IMG/VR virus record: IMGVR_UViG_3300010883_026628
Span: 2,064-66,063 of that record
Source of the DNA: a virus
Taxonomy: Duplodnaviria > Caudoviricetes
Strand: one strand, 5' to 3'
DNA length: 64,000 bases
Position 1 is the stretch's first letter. Every line of letters starts with the position of its first letter. The notes beneath the pieces were generated by a model, which worked only from the letters and a program-made list of their open reading frames with translations, was not told the DNA's origin and ran no database searches. Below are positions 9,697 through 18,625 of this stretch, piece after piece. Position numbers and translations under genes: made by a program.

Positions 9697-10158
9697 ATGG
9701 ATGGTGTAAAACACTTGATCGAGTGTCAATGTATATTACCACAATATAAAAAGAGGAACAATCCACCTTTTCATAAGTTTGTAGTCTTTTCTATAATTGA
9801 TGATGTTGATACTGTTTTAGAAAAATTTGCCCAATGTAATAATTGTGGGATCGTGCACCGAGTATATGACGTATGTAAATCAGAGATCGCAGTTGGACAT
9901 GAGTCGTTAAACAGTCTACCGACAAAAGAAGACTTTACGTTAATGCTACCTTCTGGAATTGGTGAAATCTTGGCCACATATGATTGTGAACTCTATATAT
10001 GGGAACAAGTGTCCTTTATATTAAATCATAATAAGGTTGGAGAAAAAATTGTGATCATAAAAGATGAAATTGATGGTAAGATCCAGGGAAAATTTTTGTC
10101 GTATGTAGGCGGTAATCGATTTACTATAGAACCCTTCATAACAGACACAGAGTTTTAG
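9697..10158 (+). CDS. Hypothetical protein with probable Zn ribbon
   Basis: CQC ... CNNCGIVH ... C; GAGG RBS. Confidence 0.7.
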   Translation: MDGVKHLIECQCILPQYKKRNNPPFHKFVVFSIIDDVDTVLEKFAQCNNCGIVHRVYDVCKSEIAVGHESLNSLPTKEDFTLMLPSGIGEILATYDCELYIWEQVSFILNHNKVGEKIVIIKDEIDGKIQGKFLSYVGGNRFTIEPFITDTEF

Positions 10159-10159
10159 T

Positions 10160-10372
10160 ATGAGTGGTTTAGAAAATATGGCAAAAAGCACAGAGAAGTG
10201 CAGAAATATAAAGAGTGAAATTTTACGTTTTGGGATAAATCAATTAGAAATTGAACAATTAATAAAACTTTTAGCAATGGAGCTAGAAGATAGAGAAAAG
10301 ATGCTAGCAATTGTTAATTGTCTAGAAGAATATAAAACATTTGGTAGTAATATATTACTGCCTGAGGAGTAA
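10160..10372 (+). CDS. Hypothetical helical protein
   Basis: 70-aa ORF in tight operon spacing. Confidence 0.65.
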   Translation: MSGLENMAKSTEKCRNIKSEILRFGINQLEIEQLIKLLAMELEDREKMLAIVNCLEEYKTFGSNILLPEE

Positions 10373-10375
10373 ACG

Positions 10376-10561
10376 ATGTCTGATATTGCTAACAAGTGGC
10401 AAGAAATTAAAGTACTTATTGAGTCACTAGAAGTTGACGTAGTAAAGAACGCGAATGGAAATTCGTCGGCTGGTGTGCGCGCCAGAAGAGGACTAAGAAC
10501 GTTAAAAGGCGAAGCTGCTTCACTGGTTAAGCTTTCTTTGGAAAGTGATAAGAGTAAGTGA
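10376..10561 (+). CDS. Histone H1-like protein (Hc1/HctA N-terminal domain family)
   Basis: D..K...GNSSAGVRARRGL..LK matches the GNKAAGTRARK signature; GAGGAG RBS. Confidence 0.8.
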   Translation: MSDIANKWQEIKVLIESLEVDVVKNANGNSSAGVRARRGLRTLKGEAASLVKLSLESDKSK

Positions 10562-10562
10562 C

Positions 10563-10605
10563 AACCCCCGCTTCAAGGGGTTTCGCTTCCTTAATTGAAG
10601 AAGTG
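10563..10605. terminator. Possible bidirectional terminator between convergent genes
   Basis: Hairpin AACCCC-8nt-GGGGTT (10563-10582), then a weaker CGCTTC/GAAGTG hairpin, in a 45-bp convergent gap. U-tracts are short. Confidence 0.4.
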
Positions 10606-10606
10606 G

Positions 10607-10858
10607 TTAAGGATTTAGGATTTGTCTAAAATTAAGCAATTTATTTTTAATAGATTTTTCGATTTGGCAAATCCTCATTCTGGTCACGCCAAAAATATCA
10701 CCAATCTCCTGCAGCGTTTTGGGACCATCGGCTGCAGCGATTAAGGTACAATTTTGATCACAAGAATAATTAATCCAGTATCTACAACTAGTCTTCTCAC
10801 AAGATACGCTATATTTTTTATGAGCTTCAAAGCATGATAACTCTTTATCTTTTTCCAT
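10607..10858 (-). CDS. Stand-alone sigma-70 region-4 HTH protein with Cys-rich N-terminus
   Basis: PKTLQEIGDIFGVTRMRICQIEKS matches the region 4.2 consensus TLEEVG..FGVTRERIRQIE. Five Cys in the first 40 aa; AAGGA RBS. Confidence 0.85.
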   Translation of the reverse strand: MEKDKELSCFEAHKKYSVSCEKTSCRYWINYSCDQNCTLIAAADGPKTLQEIGDIFGVTRMRICQIEKSIKNKLLNFRQILNP

Positions 10859-10938
10859 TCAAATCCTTCGCTCTAAAGTTATCTCAATCCCAAATTAATG
10901 ATAATCTAAAAATGACAAATTTACAAAAGGAGTTATAA

Positions 10939-12228
10939 ATGAAAAGAAAAACATTTGTACTAGATACCAATGTTCTACTATACGATAAGACATCTATTCA
11001 CTCATTTCCTGGAAACGATGTGGTAATTCCGTTGTTGGTTTTAGATGAATTAGACCGCTTTAAGGAAAAACCTGGAGTTATTGGAGAGTCGGCGCGATAT
11101 GTTAATAGGCTGCTCGATGGGTTTAGGGATATTGGGCGATTAGATGAAGGTATAAAGCTACCGAGGGAATTGTCTAGAGATCAAACAATAAAAGTTATAA
11201 TTGGGGAGCATGCTGCTCCTTTTGGATTAGCTGGTAATGCCGGTGATAATCTAATTATTGCGGCGACTTTGTCTGAAGGTCGCGAAGTCCCAAATAAGAC
11301 GATTATATTAGTAACAAAGGATATTAACCTAAGAGTTAAATGCGATGCCTTAGGGATACGTTCTGAGGACTATTATAAGGACCACATAGCTAGCGAGGAT
11401 GTGGATTATTCCGGATATCGTAAGATGACGCTGAGTCAGAACGAAACCGATCAATTTTACCAAGACGGAATATTAAAAATAGCAACTAATGATATGTTTC
11501 CAAATGAGTACGTTTTGGTAAATGAAGGGGAACACACTGGACTTATTGCACGATATGAAGATGGGTGCTTAAACAAATTGCTCGGCGCGCCGGGCGGTAT
11601 TTCAAAAATTTCTCCAAAAAATAAAGAGCAAAGCTTTGCTATCGACGCGTTGATGCAGACGAATATACCCCTAGTTACCTTAACAGGAATAGCTGGATCG
11701 GGCAAAACCTTTTTAACGTTAATGGCGGCGATGGACGGAGTAATGACTAAAAAATATAATAGAATAATAATTAGTCGTTCAATTCAAACAGTTGGAAATG
11801 ATATTGGGTTTTTGCCCGGAAACTTAAACGAGAAGATGGATCCTTGGCTAGCACCAATAAAAGATAATTTCCAAACGATGTTTAACGATATTACATATTT
11901 CGAAGCCATGAAAGATAAAGGCCAAATAGAGGTTGCTCCGTTAGCCTTTATAAGAGGTAGATCTTTTAACGATTCTTTCGTAATCGTTGATGAAGCCCAA
12001 AATGCGACTGTCCATGAATTAAAAACGCTAATTACTCGAGTGGGACAAAATTCAAAAATTGTTTTACTGGGTGATACTGACCAAATTGATACCCCCTACA
12101 TTGATAAAGTCTCTAATGGATTGTCTATTATAGTAGATCGCTTTAAGACGACAAACCTCTCAGCACATGTACATATCCCACATGGACAAAGATCAAATTT
12201 AGCAACTTTGGCATCCAATATTTTGTAG
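10939..12228 (+). CDS. phoH: PIN-PhoH fusion (PhoH2/YlaK type)
   Basis: PIN motifs VLDTNVLL, ELDRFK and LVTKDINLRVK. PhoH motifs GIAGSGKT, IGFLPG, FIRGRS, DEAQN and GDTDQID. AAGGAG RBS. Confidence 0.93.
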   Translation: MKRKTFVLDTNVLLYDKTSIHSFPGNDVVIPLLVLDELDRFKEKPGVIGESARYVNRLLDGFRDIGRLDEGIKLPRELSRDQTIKVIIGEHAAPFGLAGNAGDNLIIAATLSEGREVPNKTIILVTKDINLRVKCDALGIRSEDYYKDHIASEDVDYSGYRKMTLSQNETDQFYQDGILKIATNDMFPNEYVLVNEGEHTGLIARYEDGCLNKLLGAPGGISKISPKNKEQSFAIDALMQTNIPLVTLTGIAGSGKTFLTLMAAMDGVMTKKYNRIIISRSIQTVGNDIGFLPGNLNEKMDPWLAPIKDNFQTMFNDITYFEAMKDKGQIEVAPLAFIRGRSFNDSFVIVDEAQNATVHELKTLITRVGQNSKIVLLGDTDQIDTPYIDKVSNGLSIIVDRFKTTNLSAHVHIPHGQRSNLATLASNIL

Positions 12229-12255
12229 CGTATATTTAAGTTTGGAGGTTTATTT

Positions 12256-12615
12256 ATGGCTAATAAGTCTACAACTTTTCAAAAATATGACAGAAATAGA
12301 TATCGAAAAATATATCCAGTCACTAGATATCCCGCTTCTTTGTCATATAGGAGTAGAGCAGAGGTTATCGTAGAGTCTGCTAGCGTGTCTTTTTTAAAAG
12401 AAGATTCAAAAGCAGGAACGCTTTCGAACGTATATAAGAGTCTACCCACTATTACCTTAGGTGTTAGTACAACTGATACCGTTGGTGAAGAGAGTAATGT
12501 TAATATCTTTATTTCAGCTTTAGCGATTAACAGTGTTGGAACTGTATCATTTACTATTAGCGCTAGCGATAAATTTACCGGTACTGTGGTCTTACAGGTT
12601 CTGAGTGTTCTATAA
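12256..12615 (+). CDS. Small beta-rich virion/tail-fibre-associated protein
   Basis: GGAGG RBS; first gene of the fibre block; alternating hydrophobic beta pattern. Confidence 0.6.
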   Translation: MANKSTTFQKYDRNRYRKIYPVTRYPASLSYRSRAEVIVESASVSFLKEDSKAGTLSNVYKSLPTITLGVSTTDTVGEESNVNIFISALAINSVGTVSFTISASDKFTGTVVLQVLSVL

Positions 12616-12878
12616 TGGCGGGGGTAGATTTCAATAGGGCGTTTATTTGCTCTGGAACAGAAACAGTTTCTTCCGGACAAGCGTCTCCAAGATCTGTAGT
12701 TTTTGAAAAAAGGATGGATGGGGTGCCGACTGTTACGGTTATGGCTATCGGATCCAGTCAAAATGTCATAGCTACCAACGTGTCATCCGGCGGATTCGAC
12801 ATAATACTTAGTCTAGATGGAACTAGTGATCCAACAAAGACTTTTACAATTCACTATCAAGCAATTTTTGTAAGGTAA
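12615..12878 (+). CDS. Small H-type-lectin/gp53-like beta protein
   Basis: TAATG coupling; pattern SVVF......VPTVTV...TNVSSGGF...IHYQAI. Confidence 0.55.
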   Translation: MAGVDFNRAFICSGTETVSSGQASPRSVVFEKRMDGVPTVTVMAIGSSQNVIATNVSSGGFDIILSLDGTSDPTKTFTIHYQAIFVR

Positions 12879-12882
12879 AAAG

Positions 12883-15800
12883 ATGGCAAGGGACTTTAGA
12901 GCTAAACAGGTAAGAACGTCGGTAATAATCGGATCTGGTTCAATAGAAAGTGCAAAACCACATTTAGGTTTGGCCTTTTATTCAGCTAGCAAAGCTAGTG
13001 ACTTTAATGGTACACGAAATACTGGAGGATCTTCTGCATCTGACGCGACAAGACTTAATCTAGCTGGAGCTAATGCTGCAGCCATTGGGACTGACGTATG
13101 GTGTTTATTTGATGGTCAGTCAGCTGGTAACGCAGCAATGGGAAATCAAAGAGCGAATGGATCAGCTGTTTTATTTTTGGGAGATGTTGTAGTCAGCGGT
13201 AGCTTGTTTGCAGAGCGTACCATGATTGAAGTTGATACAACATCAGCCGGCGATTTTAAAACGCCCAATGCTTCAAACGCGTATTTTGATAACGGGTTTG
13301 CTAATGGCGGTGTTGATATTTTGGCCGGAGCACCTGGGGGGATTAAGTCTGCCGGATACGTGTGGTCACCTCTTTTTAAAAACACAGGCGCAGATCTAAA
13401 TATTCAAACTGTGACAAGCGGCGACGTTGTGATAACATCAGCAGGGGGAGATGTTAAATTAAGTGATGGCTCTAATAGCATCTTTAATTTTAATGTTGCT
13501 GAGCCTACATTTACAATCCACGATGATGCAGATACTGGAGATTTATTCTCGATTACGGTGGCGCAGCACGGCGCAACAACGATAGCGACTATTGACGATG
13601 ATGCAGCGGCTGCACATTTGACGTTAGATATCGATGGTGACATTATTCTTGACGCAGATGGTGGAGATATTTCATTTAAAGATGGCGGCACACAGTTCCT
13701 AAAGTTTACTTCCGCGAATAGCGCTGCTGACGTCGAAGTATACAACGGCGCTGCGGATGGAGACGTAATCTTTAAAGACACCGGTGGAAATGAAGTTTTT
13801 CGAATGGACGGTGGAGAAGAATCACTCAAGATGGCATCTGGAAAAAAGATTCAGTTTGCTGATACTGGAGAATTTATATATGGTGATGGTACCGATATTC
13901 ACTTTGGTGTAGGAGGCGGAGGAAATATAAACGTTCCCGTCAATATTGGTGTCACATTCGGGCATGCGAATAATCAAAAAATTGTAGGTGATGGTACGGA
14001 TATATCTGTATTATCTGGTGGATCTATCAAGTTAGACTCAGGGACTGGGGCTGTGCTAGGGCGCGCGCGCGGTATACATTTTGGAAATAATGCCATGAAT
14101 GGTGTCGCTGGGGTAGCTGGTGTTGATGCTAAAATAAGAGTCTTTGTCGCGACAGGAAGCCTTAATAGATCTACAAACGCTAGTGACCCATTTGACCAAA
14201 CAGCGGCAGGAACCACATCAGGAATTGAAAGTGGCGCGCTGGTTATCTCTAATCGGCGGATATTGACAGCTGCCGGTGACGGAAATGGAATTATAAAATT
14301 TGATGGAGCTGTGAATATTGGAACTCAAACAGTCGAAAATTTAACTGTTACTGGTGACCTAGAGGTCCAGGGCACATACACCACATTTAATGTTTCAACG
14401 ATGTCAGTTGTAGATCCTATTATCACACTAGGTGGAGGGGATGATAACGTCGCGCCACAGGCTGATGATAATAAAGATAGGGGTGTAGAATTTCTATGGA
14501 GTGGAGACTCTAGCAACGTATCAGCAGGAAGTTTTGTTACGGGTAAAAGTTATGTCATAACAGTCGTTGGGAATACAACAAATGTAAATTGGAACGCTGC
14601 TGGTGCATCGGGAAGTCCACCTGTAGTTGGTCAAGAATTTGTAGCAACCGCAAATGGTGTTGGTGGAACTGGCGTTGCTAAAGAGTTTAGAAGAGGCTTC
14701 TTTGGTTATGATGATTCACAAAGCGTTTTTACTTTTATACCAAATGCGACAGTATCATCAGATGCATTTTCTGGAGACTTAGGAACAGCAAGGTTTGGTA
14801 AAGTTGAATATGGCGATAGCGGAACGTATATCCACCAATCTGCTGATTCTGTTTTAGCGCTAGTATCAGATAATGAGGTACATATTACGGCTACTAAAGT
14901 TGGCATCGGAACATCTTCGCCCGACACTATTTTTCACATAAAAAGCGCCGGAACAAACCCAACTGTAAAGATAGAGTCCACAGCAGTTGACGAAGTGGCG
15001 GTATTGAGGTTTGACAATAATAGAACCACCGATGGGGACATTGCCTCTCTTATCCAATTTTATAATGAGGGCGCTTCCCCTCTTGCAGGCATACGCTGTT
15101 TCAGAGGTTCATCTGATACAGTCGGCGATTTGACACTTCGCACCTCCGATGCGGAGCGGCTGCGCATTGATCAGGATGGTAACGTTGGTATTGGTGTTAC
15201 AGATCCGGACACAAAGCTAGAAGTGCTTTCTACCAGCATGCAGCAAAAGTGGTCGTATGATGCTAACAGCTTTTCATCCATGACTGTTGCTGATGCTAGT
15301 CATACAGTGATAGCAACCGGTGAAACGGGCAATTTTACACTAGATTCAGCTGGTGATATCGAGCTAAATGCCGATGGTGGAGATATTACGTTTAAAGATG
15401 GGGCACAAGCGTCGTTTAAGATTGATATGGCGACAGTAGCTGGGGATGCGATATTCAAAGACAGCGCCGGAACACCCGCAGAAATTTTTAGAATCACGCC
15501 TAATATCTTAAGAATGGCTTCTGGTAAGCAGCTTCAGTTCGCAGATACAGGGGAACATATATCTGGAGACGGAACAAATTTGACAATTGCTTCTGGTGGC
15601 GATATTATCTTAACCCCAGCGGGAACAGAAGTGACTGTCAGTAATGCTGCGGCTCAGTTAAATTTTAACACTTCTGATCATAGAATCTATCTAAATAGTA
15701 ATACGCTTATGTTTAGAGATGGTGTTCAAACAACGGCCAAGAGCTTATCTGACTTAGCCTCTGTTGCGCCGGCAGACGGCGTTTTATTAAGTGCCGCTGG

Positions 15801-16482
15801 ACCGAATAGGGCGAAATCCCTAGGTGGGGTGGCAATAACTTCTAGAGACAAATACGTTAATGAAACGAATATATTCGCCGATAGCACACCCAATCCGTCT
15901 GATTTATTTTTCTATGTTGGGGACGATGCTGGATCTCGACTAAATTCTGCGTTTAAAAATAACGTAGCAGTTTCTGGATCTATTAGTGTAGTCGATACTA
16001 CAGATAGCTTAAGCTCTACAAAGCTCACTCAGACTAGTGACAATCTTATATTAAGCATGAATCAATCAGTGGCAGCGACTCCGGGGGCATTCCATAATAT
16101 ACTTACAATAGAGCCAGCCATCGGTGTAAAGCTAGGGACGACAGCTGGTTCAGGTAACGCTGGACTATATTTCCAGGGAACAACACTAAATTTACAAAAA
16201 ATTACCACCACAGTTGAGGGTTCGTCTCAAAGTTGTATACAGTCTCAAGGACATATATTACCGCAAGCTGATAATACGTTTAACTTAGGTACCGCGGCTC
16301 GGCGATTTGCTAACTTATATACAGGCGACTTACATCTCTGTAATGAGGGTGGTAGCAACGATGTCGATGGTACATCTGGCAACTGGACAGTCCAAGAGGG
16401 CGAGGATAGTTTATTCGTGATCAATAATAAAACGGGAAAGAAATTCAAAATGATGTTGCAATCAGTAGAGGACGAGGAGTAA
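12883..16482 (+). CDS. Long tail fibre protein (1199 aa)
   Basis: G/S/T/D-rich, with fibre repeats KVGIGTSSP and ERLRIDQDGNVGIG. C-terminal GHILP...NLYTGDLHL.NE..NDVDGT.GNWTVQEGE..LF.INNKTGKKFK domain is typical of marine T4-like phage fibres. Confidence 0.85.
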   Translation: MARDFRAKQVRTSVIIGSGSIESAKPHLGLAFYSASKASDFNGTRNTGGSSASDATRLNLAGANAAAIGTDVWCLFDGQSAGNAAMGNQRANGSAVLFLGDVVVSGSLFAERTMIEVDTTSAGDFKTPNASNAYFDNGFANGGVDILAGAPGGIKSAGYVWSPLFKNTGADLNIQTVTSGDVVITSAGGDVKLSDGSNSIFNFNVAEPTFTIHDDADTGDLFSITVAQHGATTIATIDDDAAAAHLTLDIDGDIILDADGGDISFKDGGTQFLKFTSANSAADVEVYNGAADGDVIFKDTGGNEVFRMDGGEESLKMASGKKIQFADTGEFIYGDGTDIHFGVGGGGNINVPVNIGVTFGHANNQKIVGDGTDISVLSGGSIKLDSGTGAVLGRARGIHFGNNAMNGVAGVAGVDAKIRVFVATGSLNRSTNASDPFDQTAAGTTSGIESGALVISNRRILTAAGDGNGIIKFDGAVNIGTQTVENLTVTGDLEVQGTYTTFNVSTMSVVDPIITLGGGDDNVAPQADDNKDRGVEFLWSGDSSNVSAGSFVTGKSYVITVVGNTTNVNWNAAGASGSPPVVGQEFVATANGVGGTGVAKEFRRGFFGYDDSQSVFTFIPNATVSSDAFSGDLGTARFGKVEYGDSGTYIHQSADSVLALVSDNEVHITATKVGIGTSSPDTIFHIKSAGTNPTVKIESTAVDEVAVLRFDNNRTTDGDIASLIQFYNEGASPLAGIRCFRGSSDTVGDLTLRTSDAERLRIDQDGNVGIGVTDPDTKLEVLSTSMQQKWSYDANSFSSMTVADASHTVIATGETGNFTLDSAGDIELNADGGDITFKDGAQASFKIDMATVAGDAIFKDSAGTPAEIFRITPNILRMASGKQLQFADTGEHISGDGTNLTIASGGDIILTPAGTEVTVSNAAAQLNFNTSDHRIYLNSNTLMFRDGVQTTAKSLSDLASVAPADGVLLSAAGPNRAKSLGGVAITSRDKYVNETNIFADSTPNPSDLFFYVGDDAGSRLNSAFKNNVAVSGSISVVDTTDSLSSTKLTQTSDNLILSMNQSVAATPGAFHNILTIEPAIGVKLGTTAGSGNAGLYFQGTTLNLQKITTTVEGSSQSCIQSQGHILPQADNTFNLGTAARRFANLYTGDLHLCNEGGSNDVDGTSGNWTVQEGEDSLFVINNKTGKKFKMMLQSVEDEE
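13615..15620 (+). repeat. Internal ~85-aa duplicated module in the tail fibre (about 13615-13900 and 15330-15620)
   Basis: LTLDIDGDIILDADGGDISFKDG...MASGKKIQFADTGEFIYGDGTD versus FTLDSAGDIELNADGGDITFKDG...MASGKQLQFADTGEHISGDGTN. Confidence 0.85.
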
Positions 16483-16486
16483 TAAT

Positions 16487-18625
16487 ATGCCGATATATAC
16501 TAGTGAAGTTAAAAAAGGAAAACTTTCTCACATCGCTCTTTCGGGTGCCATATTCAATGCTACGAATTTTACGCAGCTCGAGCAAAGCAGTGTCCGGCTT
16601 GATGTGGGGACTGAAAGTAATCCTATTACAGTTGATGGTTCGACAGTCAACCCTTTTTATTTTTTAAAGTTTTTCACTCATCTCGGAGACCCAGGCTCGT
16701 TTGCGTACAGTGCTCTGTTAATAAATAGGGCGCTTCAACCCGGCGAAGAAATTATAATATCTGGATACTTTTTTCGCGGATCTGATCCAAATACTGATAA
16801 TAATAACGAAGCAGCAACACCTATTGCTATTGTTTATGAAACCAGCGCTGGGAACATGACAGATTTCAAGACCAAGCCGGCTTCCGATGCTTATAATATT
16901 GGAAATGGTGGGCTGACAGATGCCGACATCATAGGTCAGGGTATCGTACCGTTATCGAATGGAACTAACATTGGTGCTTTGAACAATGGATGGAAATATA
17001 ACACGACGGGTAGAAGCGCCGCGGCATCTACGCAAGTTAGAAACATCAATAACTCTGCTGATCAGACAGATGCTACTCTTTGCCCATTTAACTTAAGCGC
17101 TGAGGGTAGTTTTAGTTCTAGATTCTATACAATAACCATCAGAAACGATAGTTCGAGCGAAGCTTTTCTTAAGATACTTGGTTGGGACATAACAGATGCT
17201 GGCCTTGATTCAAGTAAAGTTTTTTCCGTCCATGATTTAAGAGTAGAATTTGATAATGAAATAACAAATTCAGTCATTAAAGCAAAGGGTATTTCTGGAG
17301 AAACAGATTCTCCATTAACGATTAGAGCAGATAAAAATATCAATTTTAAGATTGACCATGATGCAGATGATACAGCCAAGTTTTCGTTTGTTGCTGGTAA
17401 TAACGCTGAAGTTGCAAACATCGATGAAAGCGGAAACTTGCAGGTTGATGGAAACCTAATAGTAGATGGTACTGGAGCATCATCTATTGATGGAGGTTTA
17501 ACAGTAGCCGGAGATCTAGCAGTTAATGGTGATACCACGACATTTACTTCTGCAAATGCTAACGATCCATTAGTTATTATTAAAAATACTGCGAATGATG
17601 CTAATAGTGCACGGCTTCAGTTTGTTAAGGACAAAGGAGCTGCTGGTGCCGATGGTGATGATATTGGTATTATCGAATTTGTTGGTGATGATGCTGGTGG
17701 AAATCAAACACCATTTGCAAAAATAGTTGCAGAAGTATCAACGGCTGCTGATTCTGACGAAGCTGGTAAGTTATCACTCTTCGTAGCTGAAAGTGATGGG
17801 ACTACTACAACACTCACAGCCGGCTTAGTATTAGAAGGTGAGCATACGACTGACGGAGAAGTTGATGTAACGATTGGGGCTGGAGCTGCTTCGTTAACTA
17901 CGATAGCTGGCAATCTTAAGCTTAACAACAATATAGTCCAAGCTTCAGATGGCGCTAATACAGTTACAATTGATCCGTCAAATGACAGAGTCACGGTACT
18001 TGGGGGTATAACACTCGGTGGTAATCTCTACGATTCAGTAAATAGCAAAGTTGTATATAGCACTTCTGAAAATGGATCACTTTCGCTGAAAACCACTAGC
18101 TCAGCTAGACTCTTGGAAGGCGGATTTTTAGGTGTATTTCAACAAGCTGATGGGAGCGACTGGACTAATAATGATAAAGAAGTTATGTTTTCTGGTAGTG
18201 GTGTGTCGTTGCAAGTAGATCCTGCGACCAGTACCAGCTTCTATAGTACTCATGGACCTGCGGGTTTAGATAATCTACCCATAATGGCGACTGATGGTAG
18301 TGGTTTGGTAGAAACAAATTTTTCCGGATATTATGAAGTAAGCGGTACTCTTATAATTAATTCTACCGGCACTGAGACTATAGAGGTTAGAGTACAAAGA
18401 AATGATACCCTAAGTTATTCTGGGCTTGCGCTTATGTATTCGGGCCAAGTAAAAGTAACCGCTGCTCAATCGCCAATGGCAATTCATTTTTGTTCCATTG
18501 ACTATATCCCTTCAAATAGTGATTATAAAATATGGATAACTGTAGAAAAGATAGCTTCCTCTACTTCCACTACTCTCACCGCCAAAGCCGGCTGTTACTT
18601 AACAGTTAAATATTTAGGTATTTAA
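16487..18625 (+). CDS. Tail fibre/spike-like virion protein, possible C-terminal C1q/TNF-like head
   Basis: Repeats GNLQVDGNLIVDG and GGLTVAGDLAVNG. C-terminal SGYYEVSGTL...YLTVKYLG beta-sandwich pattern. Confidence 0.7.
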   Translation: MPIYTSEVKKGKLSHIALSGAIFNATNFTQLEQSSVRLDVGTESNPITVDGSTVNPFYFLKFFTHLGDPGSFAYSALLINRALQPGEEIIISGYFFRGSDPNTDNNNEAATPIAIVYETSAGNMTDFKTKPASDAYNIGNGGLTDADIIGQGIVPLSNGTNIGALNNGWKYNTTGRSAAASTQVRNINNSADQTDATLCPFNLSAEGSFSSRFYTITIRNDSSSEAFLKILGWDITDAGLDSSKVFSVHDLRVEFDNEITNSVIKAKGISGETDSPLTIRADKNINFKIDHDADDTAKFSFVAGNNAEVANIDESGNLQVDGNLIVDGTGASSIDGGLTVAGDLAVNGDTTTFTSANANDPLVIIKNTANDANSARLQFVKDKGAAGADGDDIGIIEFVGDDAGGNQTPFAKIVAEVSTAADSDEAGKLSLFVAESDGTTTTLTAGLVLEGEHTTDGEVDVTIGAGAASLTTIAGNLKLNNNIVQASDGANTVTIDPSNDRVTVLGGITLGGNLYDSVNSKVVYSTSENGSLSLKTTSSARLLEGGFLGVFQQADGSDWTNNDKEVMFSGSGVSLQVDPATSTSFYSTHGPAGLDNLPIMATDGSGLVETNFSGYYEVSGTLIINSTGTETIEVRVQRNDTLSYSGLALMYSGQVKVTAAQSPMAIHFCSIDYIPSNSDYKIWITVEKIASSTSTTLTAKAGCYLTVKYLGI

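Noticed and set aside
1490-12228. Inteins or introns in the helicase, PrkA or PhoH
   Set aside because: Lengths are normal for these families, with no C...HN intein ends or LAGLIDADG/HNH inserts.
12883-18625. Diversity-generating retroelement or invertible fibre cassette
   Set aside because: No reverse transcriptase or recombinase, and no near-identical TR/VR pair or inverted repeats. The repeats are diverged and recognisable only at protein level.
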